Below are positions 1-9,657 of a DNA stretch of 64,000 bases, piece by piece. The stretch covers positions 1,681,384 to 1,745,383 of the forward strand of contig CAWJEN010000006.1 of NCBI GenBank assembly GCA_963841915.1, given 5' to 3'. A model generated the notes under the pieces. It was not told the DNA's origin. It was given only the letters and a program-made list of their open reading frames with translations, and searched no databases. Position 1 is the stretch's first letter. Each line of letters starts with the position of its first letter. Both the position numbers and the translations under genes were made by a program. This stretch comes from an uncultured Planctomycetota bacterium (GTDB lineage Bacteria; Planctomycetota; Phycisphaerae; Tepidisphaerales; Tepidisphaeraceae).

Positions 1-30
1 ACTCTCGAAGACGGGCAGCATGGCCGCACT

Positions 31-1185
31 CTACGACGGGACTGGGCGTGCCGCACGACCGGACCGCAGTGTCGTCAGGCGACGCTTCCTCTTTTGGCGG
101 TGCTTGATGCTCATGACGAGCCCGCCAATGAGACCGACAGCCGTCAGAGGCACGACGAAGGCCAGCATTGCCCAACTGAAGGGCCGCATCGCGTCATGGT
201 TTGTCGCGTCGAGCAGCAGGTAGACCATGTAGGCGACGAAGTACACGAGCATGAGCCCGCCCTCCAGACGACTGATGCGGCCGCCGGTGAAGAAGATCGG
301 GAAGCAGACGACCGCCACCGCGACCATCACTGGCAAGTCGAAGCGAATTGCCGCCGCCGAGACCGGGACGCCCTCCGGTGGCAACGCAGCAGTAAGCCCC
401 AGGACGCAAAGCAAGTTAAACAGGTTGCTTCCGACCACGTTACCGACGGCCAGATCACGCTGTCCGCGAAAGCTCGCCAGCACGCTCGTAGCAATTTCCG
501 GAAGGCTCGTGCCGATGGCGATGACGGTCAACCCGATGACGAGTTGACTGATGCCCATCGCCTCAGCCGCAGTGGTCGCACCCTCGACCAGCCAGCGTGC
601 ACCTAAAGCGAGGCCGATCAAGCCGATCACGATCGAGCCGATGTCGACGGTCCAATTGACCTTCTCTACCGGCTCATTGTCCGCGGCCACCGCAGCGGCC
701 GCCTTCTTGTCCTTGCGGACGGTCGTGAAGATGATGAGCAGGTACGCCAACAACCCGGCGACGAGAACGCCTCCCTCGACGTGGCTCACGATGCCGTCTG
801 CCGCCATCGCCCAGACGCCGAAGCTCACGAGAATCAGCAGCGGCACGTCCAGCCGAACAAGCTGGTCCCGCACCACAAGCGGCGCGACGACGGCCGAAAG
901 GCCGAGAATCAGCAGCACATTCATCACGTTGCTCCCGACGATGTTGCCGACGGCCACGTCTGCGTTACCCGTAAGCGAACCGCCGACGCTGACGGCGAGT
1001 TCAGGCGCACTCGTGCCGAACGACACGACGGTTAGGCCGACGATCAGCGGCGAAATGCCAAACCCACGGGCCAGTCGAGACGCTCCCCGCACGAGCAATT
1101 CGGCCCCGGCGATGAGCAACACGAAGCCGAGGGCGAACCGCAGCCAAAGCGGTAGAAGTTGTTCGATCTGCAGGGCGGCTTCCAC
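31..1185 (-). CDS. Calcium/sodium antiporter (YrbG/CaCA family)
   Basis: Two alpha-repeats (VSFGTSAPE...GNIVGSN; IGTSLPE...GNVVGSN) and many TM helices. GTG start at 1185 chosen; ORF is open to 1239. Confidence 0.92.
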   Translation of the reverse strand: MEAALQIEQLLPLWLRFALGFVLLIAGAELLVRGASRLARGFGISPLIVGLTVVSFGTSAPELAVSVGGSLTGNADVAVGNIVGSNVMNVLLILGLSAVVAPLVVRDQLVRLDVPLLILVSFGVWAMAADGIVSHVEGGVLVAGLLAYLLIIFTTVRKDKKAAAAVAADNEPVEKVNWTVDIGSIVIGLIGLALGARWLVEGATTAAEAMGISQLVIGLTVIAIGTSLPEIATSVLASFRGQRDLAVGNVVGSNLFNLLCVLGLTAALPPEGVPVSAAAIRFDLPVMVAVAVVCFPIFFTGGRISRLEGGLMLVYFVAYMVYLLLDATNHDAMRPFSWAMLAFVVPLTAVGLIGGLVMSIKHRQKRKRRLTTLRSGRAARPVPS

Positions 1186-1377
1186 GTCAGGCGAGACTAC
1201 GGCCGCCGTTGCTTGCCGTCGCCGTCGCCCCTGCGGCAAGTAGGAGCGTTAGCGCCACAAGAGCACAAATGACATTCTCTATCGCGATCACGATAAGGTT
1301 CGGCCGACCTGCGTGAGCCTAAGCGAGTTTCACTGCTCTAAAGGGCTGCTGCGTCGGCGGACCCGCTAAGGTGCGCC

Positions 1378-2367
1378 ATGCCCGACCGCAAGCCGTTCCT
1401 TGATCTTGTCGCCGAACGTGTCGTCGTCCTCGACGGAGCGATGGGCAGCGCGTTGCAGGAGATCGATCTCGATCTCGAGAAGGACTGGATGAACCAGGAG
1501 AATATGAGCGAGGTGCTCAACTTCACCCGGCCTGACGTTTTGATCGAGATTCACAAGTCGTTTCTGCAGGTCGGCTGTGACGCCGTCGAGAGCAACACGT
1601 TCGGCGGCAACCGCATTGTCATGGCCGAGGCCGAGATGGAGGACAAGGCCTACGAGGTGAGCAAGCTCGGGGCAGAAATTGCGCGCGATGCGTGTAACGC
1701 AGTCGAGACGCCAGACCGGCCGCGGTACGTCGTCGGCAGCGTCGGGCCAGGGACGAAGATCGCCTCGTTCGGCAATACGAATTGGGACACGATGGAGGCC
1801 AGCTACTACGAGAATGTCAAAGGCCTGCTCGACGGTGGCGTAGACGTCTTGCTGAGCGAGACGGCTCAGGATCTGCTGCAGATCAAGATCTTCCTCGCCG
1901 CGGTTCGGCGGGCAAGCGACGACGCAGGGCGAAAGGTGCCGACGATGGTGCAGGCAAGCTTTGACCTCAACAACGGGGCCAACATGCTCACCGGACCCGA
2001 CCCTGAGACGTTCGCCGCCACGTTCCTGCCGTACCACGCCAGCGGCGAAATCGACGTCCTGGGCGTCAATTGCGCCTACGGCCCGCAGGAACTGGCCGAC
2101 GCGGTCAACACCATCGCAAGCGTCTGGCCCGGCTACGTCAGCGTGCTACCGAACGCCGGCATGCCGGTGATGGTGGACGGCCGGAGTCACTTCCCGCTCC
2201 AACCCAATGACTTTGCCGCAGGCGTCATGCGGTTCGTCGACGAGACGGGCGTCGACATTGTCGGTGGCTGCTGTGGAACCAAGGTGCCGCACCTGCGGAG
2301 CCTAATAGAAGCCCTGGGCGAGCGGGGCCCGCTACGCGAAGCCGCCGCCGAGCTGGCGACGGCTTGA
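1378..2367 (+). CDS. Homocysteine S-methyltransferase domain protein (stand-alone N-terminal module of B12-dependent methionine synthase)
   Basis: VLDGAMG, SNTFG, GSVGPG, GVNC, PNAG and GGCCGT (Zn ligands). Stops at 329 aa without pterin or B12 domains. Confidence 0.9.
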   Translation: MPDRKPFLDLVAERVVVLDGAMGSALQEIDLDLEKDWMNQENMSEVLNFTRPDVLIEIHKSFLQVGCDAVESNTFGGNRIVMAEAEMEDKAYEVSKLGAEIARDACNAVETPDRPRYVVGSVGPGTKIASFGNTNWDTMEASYYENVKGLLDGGVDVLLSETAQDLLQIKIFLAAVRRASDDAGRKVPTMVQASFDLNNGANMLTGPDPETFAATFLPYHASGEIDVLGVNCAYGPQELADAVNTIASVWPGYVSVLPNAGMPVMVDGRSHFPLQPNDFAAGVMRFVDETGVDIVGGCCGTKVPHLRSLIEALGERGPLREAAAELATA

Positions 2368-3075
2368 TCAGACGCCGGTGAGTCGAATGGCAGCGCCGTC
2401 GAGCACCTGTCCACCGATCAGCAGGAATCCGTCGGCGTTGATACCCTCGACGGTTCCGCACCAAGTGTGCTCCCGCTCGACCACCATCACGCGTTTGCCG
2501 TTCCAGGCACAGTGCTCGTGGTATTCGTCGCACACGCTGCGGAACCCGGCTGCGGCAACGGTTGGATATGCACTTAGACGCCTGCCGAGGGCCTCAAGTA
2601 TGGTGCCGCGACCGACGCTGGTGATGCATGCAGTTTTGCGGTCCGGGACGGGCGGCGCGCTCCCGACATTAATCCCGACGCCGATGAGGTCGTGCCCGTT
2701 GCGCCGCTCGCACAGCAGGCCGCACAGCTTGCCTTCACCGATCAGCAGGTCGTTAGGCCACTTGATGATCGTCTCCGGCTCAGCCTCCGCTAACGCCCGC
2801 CGAACGAGCACCGCGACGATGAGCGACATGTGCTGAGGCGGCATAGGCGTCGCGTCGAAGATGAACGTCGCCGTCAACCCACCTGAGCTGATCCACGACT
2901 TGCCGCGCGTGCCCCGGCCTTGTAATTGCTCGGCCGCGACGACAACGCCCGGAACAGCTTTGACCCACTGTGCCGCCTCGTCACTCGTGCTGGCCGTCGC
3001 GTAGTGGTATTCGACGGCGTAGCCGGGTAACCGGGCACGGCAAGTCGCTTCGGTCAGTGGTTCAGCGCACGGCAT
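2368..3075 (-). CDS. birA: Biotin--protein ligase (no N-terminal HTH)
   Basis: QLQGRGTRGKSW, IKWPNDL, KLCGLL and GVGINV motifs. Confidence 0.9.
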   Translation of the reverse strand: MPCAEPLTEATCRARLPGYAVEYHYATASTSDEAAQWVKAVPGVVVAAEQLQGRGTRGKSWISSGGLTATFIFDATPMPPQHMSLIVAVLVRRALAEAEPETIIKWPNDLLIGEGKLCGLLCERRNGHDLIGVGINVGSAPPVPDRKTACITSVGRGTILEALGRRLSAYPTVAAAGFRSVCDEYHEHCAWNGKRVMVVEREHTWCGTVEGINADGFLLIGGQVLDGAAIRLTGV

Positions 3076-3119
3076 CTAATCGGACGTTTGTACAAGTCCT
3101 GGTGTTGGTGTGCCTGCCT

Positions 3120-3149
3120 TTGACACAGACGGCACAGAAGCGGTACGGT
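3120..3149 (+). promoter_or_regulatory. Candidate sigma70 promoter TTGACA-N18-TACGGT
   Basis: Consensus -35 and a TANNNT -10 upstream of the small ORF at 3219. Confidence 0.5.
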
Positions 3150-3218
3150 AGCCTTTCCTCCTCGCGTCAGGCCGCCAAGGGCCAGACCAACCCGCCGTCT
3201 CTAGCACGGGATCTTCTT

Positions 3219-3494
3219 ATGATTCAACTGCGTCTTCCACGCCTCGGCCGCCCGGCTCATTTTCTGCTCGCTGCCGCCTGCCTCGCGCCTGCCGCGTTCG
3301 TCGCCGGTGGTTGCGGCGGTGCCCGCGGCCCGGCAGCCGGTGAGTTCACCGCCACCCCGATCTTCTCCACGAAGGAGCGGTTCACCCGCATCGGTCGCAA
3401 CATCGACATCGAGCTCAAGATGATGAACGATGACATCGACCGCGCCCTGCTCCTGCGGCCCGTCAGTGGCCTGACGGAGTGGAACGTCCCGTGA
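3219..3494 (+). CDS. Small hypothetical lipoprotein (91 aa)
   Basis: Signal-like N-terminus ending VAGGC, genome-typical codon usage and its own candidate promoter. Confidence 0.65.
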   Translation: MIQLRLPRLGRPAHFLLAAACLAPAAFVAGGCGGARGPAAGEFTATPIFSTKERFTRIGRNIDIELKMMNDDIDRALLLRPVSGLTEWNVP

Positions 3495-3589
3495 TTCTCC
3501 GCGTGACATGTCATGCATGACGAGACGTGAGGCGCAGATTCGGACGATGTCCGAACTGCGCCTCACATCTCGTTGCGCTCTACCTGTCG

Positions 3590-4951
3590 CTATTCGTTCG
3601 GGATGCCGTCAAGCAGTGTCGGCACGATCTCGGCCAGCACGGAAGCCGGAATGGCGTACGTCTCGACGCGTCCTGCGCGGGCGATGTTGATGCCGACTAC
3701 GCGGCCCTCAAGGTCGACCACCGGCCCGCCCATTTGGTTGGCTGCGAGCACCGTGTCGTGCTGAATGACCTCGGGGAAGTCGCCGCTCCGCCGGTTGCGG
3801 GTCGAACCGCCAAGGGCATTCTGCAACCGTGCCCGAAAGCTTCGACCGCTGTCACCGAGCTGAGTCGACGTGACGATGGGGCGACCCTCACGAAGGAGCT
3901 TGAGCTCAACGCGGTCGCCGGCCCTGTAACTTGCGAGCCGTTGGATCAGCGACTCGCCGTTGAAAATGTTCTCGCCCTCGACCTGCGTGATGAGGTCCAT
4001 CGGCCGAATGCCGGCCTCGTCGGCCGGGGAGCCGGGTTGCGTCGCCCGCACCACCACGCCCGCGACTGCCTCGCCGACGCTAATGCCGAGCTGGCCGTCG
4101 CGGAGTCGTACCGGCAGCTCAACGATTTGGCCTTGACGGTTGACGGTCAGCACGAACAGCTCGCTCGGTCGATCGAAGCGAAGGCGATTGGTGAAGTCCT
4201 GTCGAGTGCCGACTGGCACGCCGTCGCGGGCGACGATGAGGTCGCCGACCTCGATGCCCGCCGCCGCCGCCGCACCACCACGCGGCACGCGGACGATCGG
4301 GATACCACCGGCCCCGCTGGCCTGCATTTCAATGCCGAGCTTCAAGCCCGTTTCGGCGACAGCTCGCGTGCCGGTCATGCTCACGTTGCCGACGGCAACG
4401 GGTGAGGCGACTTCGCCACCCGGGCCGTCAGCGTCGGCGTCGGCAGACAGCAGCCATGCACCCGCGGCCGGAGTTGACCCGCCCATGAACGTCAACACGT
4501 CCAGCTTCAGCGAACTCGGTAGATCAAGTTTCACCGTCGCCAGATCGTGCACCGGGTCCCGCTCAACAATCCGCCCGGCCGCTCGCACTGGGACGTTGCC
4601 CGGGACGGGCACAAGGGCAGACACCGTTTCATCGATCTCGCTGGCCTTGGTCAGCACGATGCCGTCCACCGACACCACGACTGCAAGTGCCGCGGGCTGC
4701 AGATTGCCGTCCTCGTCGAGCACGTTGAGTTGCAGCGTCGAATCAGCAGCATCGTCTGCCACAGCCGCTAGAGCTCGACGCAGCATGGCGTTGTCTTTGC
4801 TGACTCCCTTATCAGGTGCCGGATCGCCCCAAGGCATCTGGGCGAGCGCGGGCGTGGCCGCGACGACGGCGGCAGAGACGGCGAGCAGGCAAAGTCGATG
4901 GAGCACGAATTTCTGACGCATGGGTACTACTGCAGGAATGAACGGCGACAT
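3590..4951 (-). CDS. Secreted PDZ-containing S1C-like protein with degenerate catalytic motifs
   Basis: Signal peptide; LTKASE where LTxxHV is expected; two PDZ domains; C-terminal IQHDT..NQMGGPVVDLEGRVVGIN. Confidence 0.8.
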   Translation of the reverse strand: MSPFIPAVVPMRQKFVLHRLCLLAVSAAVVAATPALAQMPWGDPAPDKGVSKDNAMLRRALAAVADDAADSTLQLNVLDEDGNLQPAALAVVVSVDGIVLTKASEIDETVSALVPVPGNVPVRAAGRIVERDPVHDLATVKLDLPSSLKLDVLTFMGGSTPAAGAWLLSADADADGPGGEVASPVAVGNVSMTGTRAVAETGLKLGIEMQASGAGGIPIVRVPRGGAAAAAGIEVGDLIVARDGVPVGTRQDFTNRLRFDRPSELFVLTVNRQGQIVELPVRLRDGQLGISVGEAVAGVVVRATQPGSPADEAGIRPMDLITQVEGENIFNGESLIQRLASYRAGDRVELKLLREGRPIVTSTQLGDSGRSFRARLQNALGGSTRNRRSGDFPEVIQHDTVLAANQMGGPVVDLEGRVVGINIARAGRVETYAIPASVLAEIVPTLLDGIPNE

Positions 4952-6522
4952 CACGGGCGATTCTGCGACGGCAGTTCGCTTCGCTCGATGAGGGTGATCA
5001 AAACGGTGCGGGTCTGATTCTGCTCATTGGTGAAGGTGACGGAGATGCCGTCTCCGCCTCGGAGCGGCCGCATGAGGCGGATGAGCTCATCCCACGAGTT
5101 GACGCGTACGCCGCGAATACCGTTAATAATGTGTCCTGGACGAAGGCCGGCTTCCCAGGCGGGTCCTCGCTGATCGACATCGCGGATGGCGACGCCGGGG
5201 CCGCCGTTTGCCATCGGCGAGCTGATTCCGAGAACCCCGCTGAACTGCGGGCCGTCTTGCCGGTTGCCCGATGGATCACCTTGCGGTTCGCCCGGTGCCA
5301 AGTCGAACTCCAACGACTCGCCGCGGCGGTCGACGACGTAAGTCAGCGTGATGCCTTGGCGGAAGAGCGAGCGGCGGAGCAGCAGATCGGCCTCTGTTTC
5401 GATGTCGAAGCTGCCGACGCGGAGAATGCGGTCGCCTTCTTCGATGCCTGCCTCGGCGGCAGGACTGCCTTCGACAACGGCATAGACGGTTGCTCCAGGC
5501 CGACCGTCGTCTGCCTTGAAGTCACCACCGCCGGTGCCGTCGCCGCTGTCAGGCCGGCCTCCGAGCTCGAGCCGGATGCCGTCGTCGGCCAGGTCGGGCA
5601 TCATCCACTGGGGCAGATTGAAGCCGCCTTCGTCGACGCCGTCGGCCAGCTTGTCCCAGTTCGTGACGAATTGGTCGATCGGTGCATGGACATTGCGGGC
5701 CATCGAGTCACCGATGCGACTGTGGATGCCGATGACGCGGCCGTCGAGGTCGAAGAGCGGCCCACCCGAGTCTCCACCGACGAGCGTGTTGTCCGTCTGC
5801 AGTAGCTCCTCGGTCGCCGCATTGACGCGACCGACGCGTACGACCGGCGGGCGTCCGACCTGATAACCGCCGGGGTGACCGGTGGCGACGGTCCAGGTGC
5901 CAATCTCGATGTCACCGCTCGTCGACATGAAAGCGAACGGCAGCGGCTCGGGTGCGTTGTCGTCGTCGATGACGGCCATGCCGATATCGAGTGAGCTGAT
6001 GCGCCCGAGCGTGATGCCGTTGAGCGTAGTGCCATCGCTGAGAATGAACTGGCAGCGTCGCCCCGGCTCCCCGCTGACGTGGCCAGCGGTGAGGACGATG
6101 CCGCTTTCGCTGACGATGACGCCGCTGCCTTGCCCGCCGCCGACCTGCAGACCGACGGTCGCCGGGACTGCGGTCAGGGCAACGTCGAGCGTGCGGGCCT
6201 CGAGCTCGAGCAATTCCTCGACGGTTCGTGGTGTATTCAACGGCCGCTCGCCGGAGGGCTGCACGGCAGGCATCGCGTAAACAGCAGTCGGGCTCTCCTG
6301 CAGCATTGCCACGGCTGCGAACTGAGGCCCGACGCTGACCGAGGCAGACACCAGCATGAGCGCCGCCGCCATGGGGACAGCCAGCGCGACAAGGCCGGCC
6401 GCCGCTCGACGTAGGCCGCACGACTGCCTGATACGGCCGTCGTCGTGAATAATAACGGCCTGCCCGTCGCTGCCGTCGTCGAAGGCGTGCCGCTTGGCGG
6501 TGCTGAGTCGCTTGATCCGCAT
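4951..6522 (-). CDS. S1C/HtrA-like serine protease with two PDZ domains
   Basis: GSGVIVS..LTAGHV, DIG and GGDSGGPLFD triad; PDZ motifs. Start uncertain (6522 or downstream). Confidence 0.88.
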   Translation of the reverse strand: MRIKRLSTAKRHAFDDGSDGQAVIIHDDGRIRQSCGLRRAAAGLVALAVPMAAALMLVSASVSVGPQFAAVAMLQESPTAVYAMPAVQPSGERPLNTPRTVEELLELEARTLDVALTAVPATVGLQVGGGQGSGVIVSESGIVLTAGHVSGEPGRRCQFILSDGTTLNGITLGRISSLDIGMAVIDDDNAPEPLPFAFMSTSGDIEIGTWTVATGHPGGYQVGRPPVVRVGRVNAATEELLQTDNTLVGGDSGGPLFDLDGRVIGIHSRIGDSMARNVHAPIDQFVTNWDKLADGVDEGGFNLPQWMMPDLADDGIRLELGGRPDSGDGTGGGDFKADDGRPGATVYAVVEGSPAAEAGIEEGDRILRVGSFDIETEADLLLRRSLFRQGITLTYVVDRRGESLEFDLAPGEPQGDPSGNRQDGPQFSGVLGISSPMANGGPGVAIRDVDQRGPAWEAGLRPGHIINGIRGVRVNSWDELIRLMRPLRGGDGISVTFTNEQNQTRTVLITLIERSELPSQNRP

Positions 6523-6660
6523 GGTGTCACTATTACACACGAAACGGCCTCCGGGTTGCACGTCATAAACCGACGATCGATCTTCTGAACACCCAGCAGC
6601 CCTTCGGCGTATGTTTGGGTGTTGATGGTTGCCTCGTCTACTGCATCTAGTACCACCCGC

Positions 6661-7923
6661 ATGTTGCCGCGAGGCGTGGTGACACGTGAAGACGTCAGCT
6701 TCGACCGCGTTCGAGTAAAGCTTGCAGTCCTCGCCGACGCGGCGAAATACGACGCGTCGTGCTCCTCCTCCGGCGTCACCCGCAAGGGCCGCGATGACGG
6801 CCTGGGCAGTGCCAACGGCACAGGCATCTGTCACAGCTACACACCCGACGGCCGATGTGTGTCGCTGCTGAAGATTCTGCTGACGAACTTCTGCATCTAC
6901 GACTGCCAGTACTGCGTTAACCGCGTCAGCTCTGACGTCGATCGACAGCGGTTTAGCGTCGAGGAAGTGGTCCAGCTTTGCCTCGAGTTCTATCGCCGCA
7001 ACTACATCGAGGGACTGTTCCTCAGTAGCGGCATCATCAAGAGCGTCGACTACACGATGGAGCAGCTCATCGAGGTCGCCCGGCGGCTTCGCATCGAGCA
7101 CAAGTTCCGCGGCTACATCCACCTCAAGGCAGTGCCCAAGGCGTCGCCCGAATTGATGGCTCAGGCCGGCTTATACGCCGACCGTCTGAGTGCGAACATC
7201 GAGCTGCCGACGGATGACGACCTCAAGCAGCTTGCCCCGGAGAAAACGCTTCGCGACGCCGACGACACGATGGACGACATCAAGATCGGCATCGAGGAGT
7301 CGAAGCAGGAGCGTCGCAAGAGCCGCAACGCTCCCGTCTTTGCCCCGGCCGGGCAGAGCACGCAGATGATCGTCGGCGCCACGCCCACGCCGGACCGCGA
7401 GATCATCAAGACGGCTGGCGGGCTCTACGGCAAGCACAATCTTCGACGCGTCTACTACACCGCGTTCAGCCCGATCCCGTTCGGCGATGCCCGCTTGCCG
7501 CTAATCAGCCCGCCCCTTGTTCGCGAGCACCGGCTATATCAGAGCGACTGGCTGATGCGGTTCTACGGCTTCCGGGCCGACGAAATTACGACCGAGGAGC
7601 AGCCGACCCTCGATCTGGAGATCGACCCGAAGCTTTCCTGGGCCCTTCGCAATCGCCAGTGGTTTCCGGTCGATGTCAACCGGGCGAGCAAGAGTCGCTT
7701 GCTCCGCGTGCCGGGCTTTGGCAAGCGGACCGTCGACCGCATTCTCCGCGTCCGCCGGCACCACGCGGTGCGGACGGACGATCTGCGTCGCCTGAACGTC
7801 TCGATGAAGAAGACCGGCCCGTGGGTTATTACCGCCGACGCGAATCCGAAGACGCGTCTGCTCGACGATGCCGACCTTCGGCAGAAGGTCGCTCCCGTTG
7901 ATCGGCAGCTCTCGCTCTTCTGA
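6661..7923 (+). CDS. Putative DNA modification/repair radical SAM protein with C-terminal HhH (TIGR03916-type)
   Basis: LADAAKYDASCSSSG, GICHSYTPDGRC, CxxxCxxC (CIYDCQYC), REHRLYQSDWL and LLRVPGFG. Start uncertain. Confidence 0.9.
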   Translation: MLPRGVVTREDVSFDRVRVKLAVLADAAKYDASCSSSGVTRKGRDDGLGSANGTGICHSYTPDGRCVSLLKILLTNFCIYDCQYCVNRVSSDVDRQRFSVEEVVQLCLEFYRRNYIEGLFLSSGIIKSVDYTMEQLIEVARRLRIEHKFRGYIHLKAVPKASPELMAQAGLYADRLSANIELPTDDDLKQLAPEKTLRDADDTMDDIKIGIEESKQERRKSRNAPVFAPAGQSTQMIVGATPTPDREIIKTAGGLYGKHNLRRVYYTAFSPIPFGDARLPLISPPLVREHRLYQSDWLMRFYGFRADEITTEEQPTLDLEIDPKLSWALRNRQWFPVDVNRASKSRLLRVPGFGKRTVDRILRVRRHHAVRTDDLRRLNVSMKKTGPWVITADANPKTRLLDDADLRQKVAPVDRQLSLF

Positions 7924-7935
7924 TATCGCGTGGCG

Positions 7936-8868
7936 TCAAACAGGCGACGGATGACTCGCAGTCGACGCTCGCTCGATGCGGTCCCGCACGCCGCTCCAAG
8001 ACGGCTCATCGGGCGGAAGCTCGATGGCGATGACGGAAGCACCCGACTGCTCCGCGGTTCGCAACGCGTCGTAGAGCCGGCGTGCACATTGCGCCGGCTC
8101 ATCGGGCATTCGGAGATCCGCCTGTTCACAGGTGCCGATGACGAAGGCGTTTGACAAAGGAGTCTCGCCACGTTCGAAGCGAATGCAAGGCAGCGTCGGC
8201 GCGTAGTGCCGCGGGAGGCGGCCGGGGCTTTGTGCTGATCCGCTGTCACTGCCGCCGCGGACCTGCACATCGCCCAGCACAGCCGCAAGTTGCTGGTGCG
8301 TCACATGGCCGGGCCGGAGGACAGTCGGCGTGTCTTGGGCCAGGCTGACCACCGTCGACTCGATGCCGACGTCGCACGGTCCGCCGTCGAGGACATGCAC
8401 GCTGTCGCCGAATTCGTCGCGGACGTGGTCGGCGGTCGTGGGTGAGACGTGCTCGCTCTTGTTAGCACTCGGCATGGCGAGGCCGATGATGCCGCTGGCG
8501 TGCAGGCCGCGGAGAACCTCCAGCGTCAGCTCATGCCTCGGCACGCGGAGGGCGACCGTTGGGCCGCCGGCGGTGACGATGGCAGAAACACTCGGCCCCT
8601 TCGGCAGCACAATCGTCAGCGGGCCTGGCCAAAATGCCTTGGCCAGGCGGTCCGCCGCGTCGGGCCAGGTCGCCGTCACACGCCGGGCCGCCTCGGCATC
8701 AGCCACATGCACGATCAGCGGATTCGTACTTGGCCTGCCCTTGATCTCAAATACACGTCGGACGGCAGCCTCGTTACTTGCGTCGGCGGCGAGGCCATAG
8801 ACCGTCTCCGTCGGCAGCGCCACCACGCCGCCGGCAGCAAGTCGTCCAACTGCTTCGCTTTCGTTCAT
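7936..8868 (-). CDS. sua5: L-threonylcarbamoyladenylate synthase, Sua5 type
   Basis: PTETVYGL, KGRPSTNPLIVH, PSAN, GIESTV and SPG..HYAP linker plus SUA5 domain. Confidence 0.93.
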   Translation of the reverse strand: MNESEAVGRLAAGGVVALPTETVYGLAADASNEAAVRRVFEIKGRPSTNPLIVHVADAEAARRVTATWPDAADRLAKAFWPGPLTIVLPKGPSVSAIVTAGGPTVALRVPRHELTLEVLRGLHASGIIGLAMPSANKSEHVSPTTADHVRDEFGDSVHVLDGGPCDVGIESTVVSLAQDTPTVLRPGHVTHQQLAAVLGDVQVRGGSDSGSAQSPGRLPRHYAPTLPCIRFERGETPLSNAFVIGTCEQADLRMPDEPAQCARRLYDALRTAEQSGASVIAIELPPDEPSWSGVRDRIERASTASHPSPV

Positions 8869-9161
8869 CAGCCGACAAACCCTTGCTGCTGGATCCAGCC
8901 TTGGAGCCACTGCACCGTCGCCGTCGGGTCACTGCTGACGATGAAGACTTCCTGGACGGTGCCGCTGATGAGCCAGAGGCACTTGACGCCGGTGTCAGTC
9001 GCGTACTGAACCGTCAGCTTGGCCGGCCCTGTGCCACGGCGGCGAGTAATGCGGCCGGGAACGATGCGTGAAACGGCCGGGCCAAGTTTGATGATCGCGT
9101 CGCACGCGTCGTCGAGTCCTCGGACCCGGCCGTGTTCGCGTTTGACCCTGCCGTACTTCAC
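8868..9161 (-). CDS. Small conserved protein, DUF2103-like
   Basis: REH..GL, IVPGRI and VQEVFIV pattern; TGATG overlap with sua5. Confidence 0.65.
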   Translation of the reverse strand: MKYGRVKREHGRVRGLDDACDAIIKLGPAVSRIVPGRITRRRGTGPAKLTVQYATDTGVKCLWLISGTVQEVFIVSSDPTATVQWLQGWIQQQGFVG

Positions 9162-9183
9162 ACCAGCACGCTACGGTCCCGCT

Positions 9184-9654
9184 ATGAGCACCCTCAACGT
9201 TGGCGACACCGCACCTGACTTCGAACTTATGACCGACGACGAGTCGACCGTGAAGCTCAGCGACCACGCTGGTCAAACCGTCGTCCTGCTGTTCTACCCG
9301 ATGGACTTCAGCGGCGTCTGCACGGCAGAGCACTGCACGTTCGGCAAGGAACTTCCGTCCATCAAAGCCGCCGGTGACGATGTGAAGGTGTACGGCATCA
9401 ATTGCGACCACCCGTTCAGCCACCAGGCGTTCAAGAAGCAGAACGACATTCCGTACCCGCTACTGAGCGACGTCACCCGCGAGACGGTCAAGGCCTACGG
9501 CATGTTCGCCGGTGAAAAACCCTTCAATTGCTCCAGCCGTGGCACCGTCGTCATCGGGCCGGATGGCAAGGTCGTCGCCCATGAGCCGGTCGAGATTTTG
9601 ACCGAACGCAAGGTCGAGGACCTCATCGCGATGGTCAAGAAGGCGAGCGCCTGA
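9184..9654 (+). CDS. Peroxiredoxin (AhpC/TSA family)
   Basis: GDTAPDF, FYPMDFSGVCTAE and YPLLSD. Confidence 0.9.
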   Translation: MSTLNVGDTAPDFELMTDDESTVKLSDHAGQTVVLLFYPMDFSGVCTAEHCTFGKELPSIKAAGDDVKVYGINCDHPFSHQAFKKQNDIPYPLLSDVTRETVKAYGMFAGEKPFNCSSRGTVVIGPDGKVVAHEPVEILTERKVEDLIAMVKKASA

Positions 9655-9657
9655 GCC

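Noticed and set aside
1186..1377. SAM, SAH or yybP-ykoY riboswitch between the antiporter and the methyltransferase
   Set aside because: Only fragmentary words (GGAGCG, GGCGAGAC), in the wrong orientation or lacking partner stems
6523..7122. 200-aa N-terminal extension of the protease ORF (4951-7122)
   Set aside because: Overlaps the radical SAM gene on the opposite strand; the true start is at or below 6522
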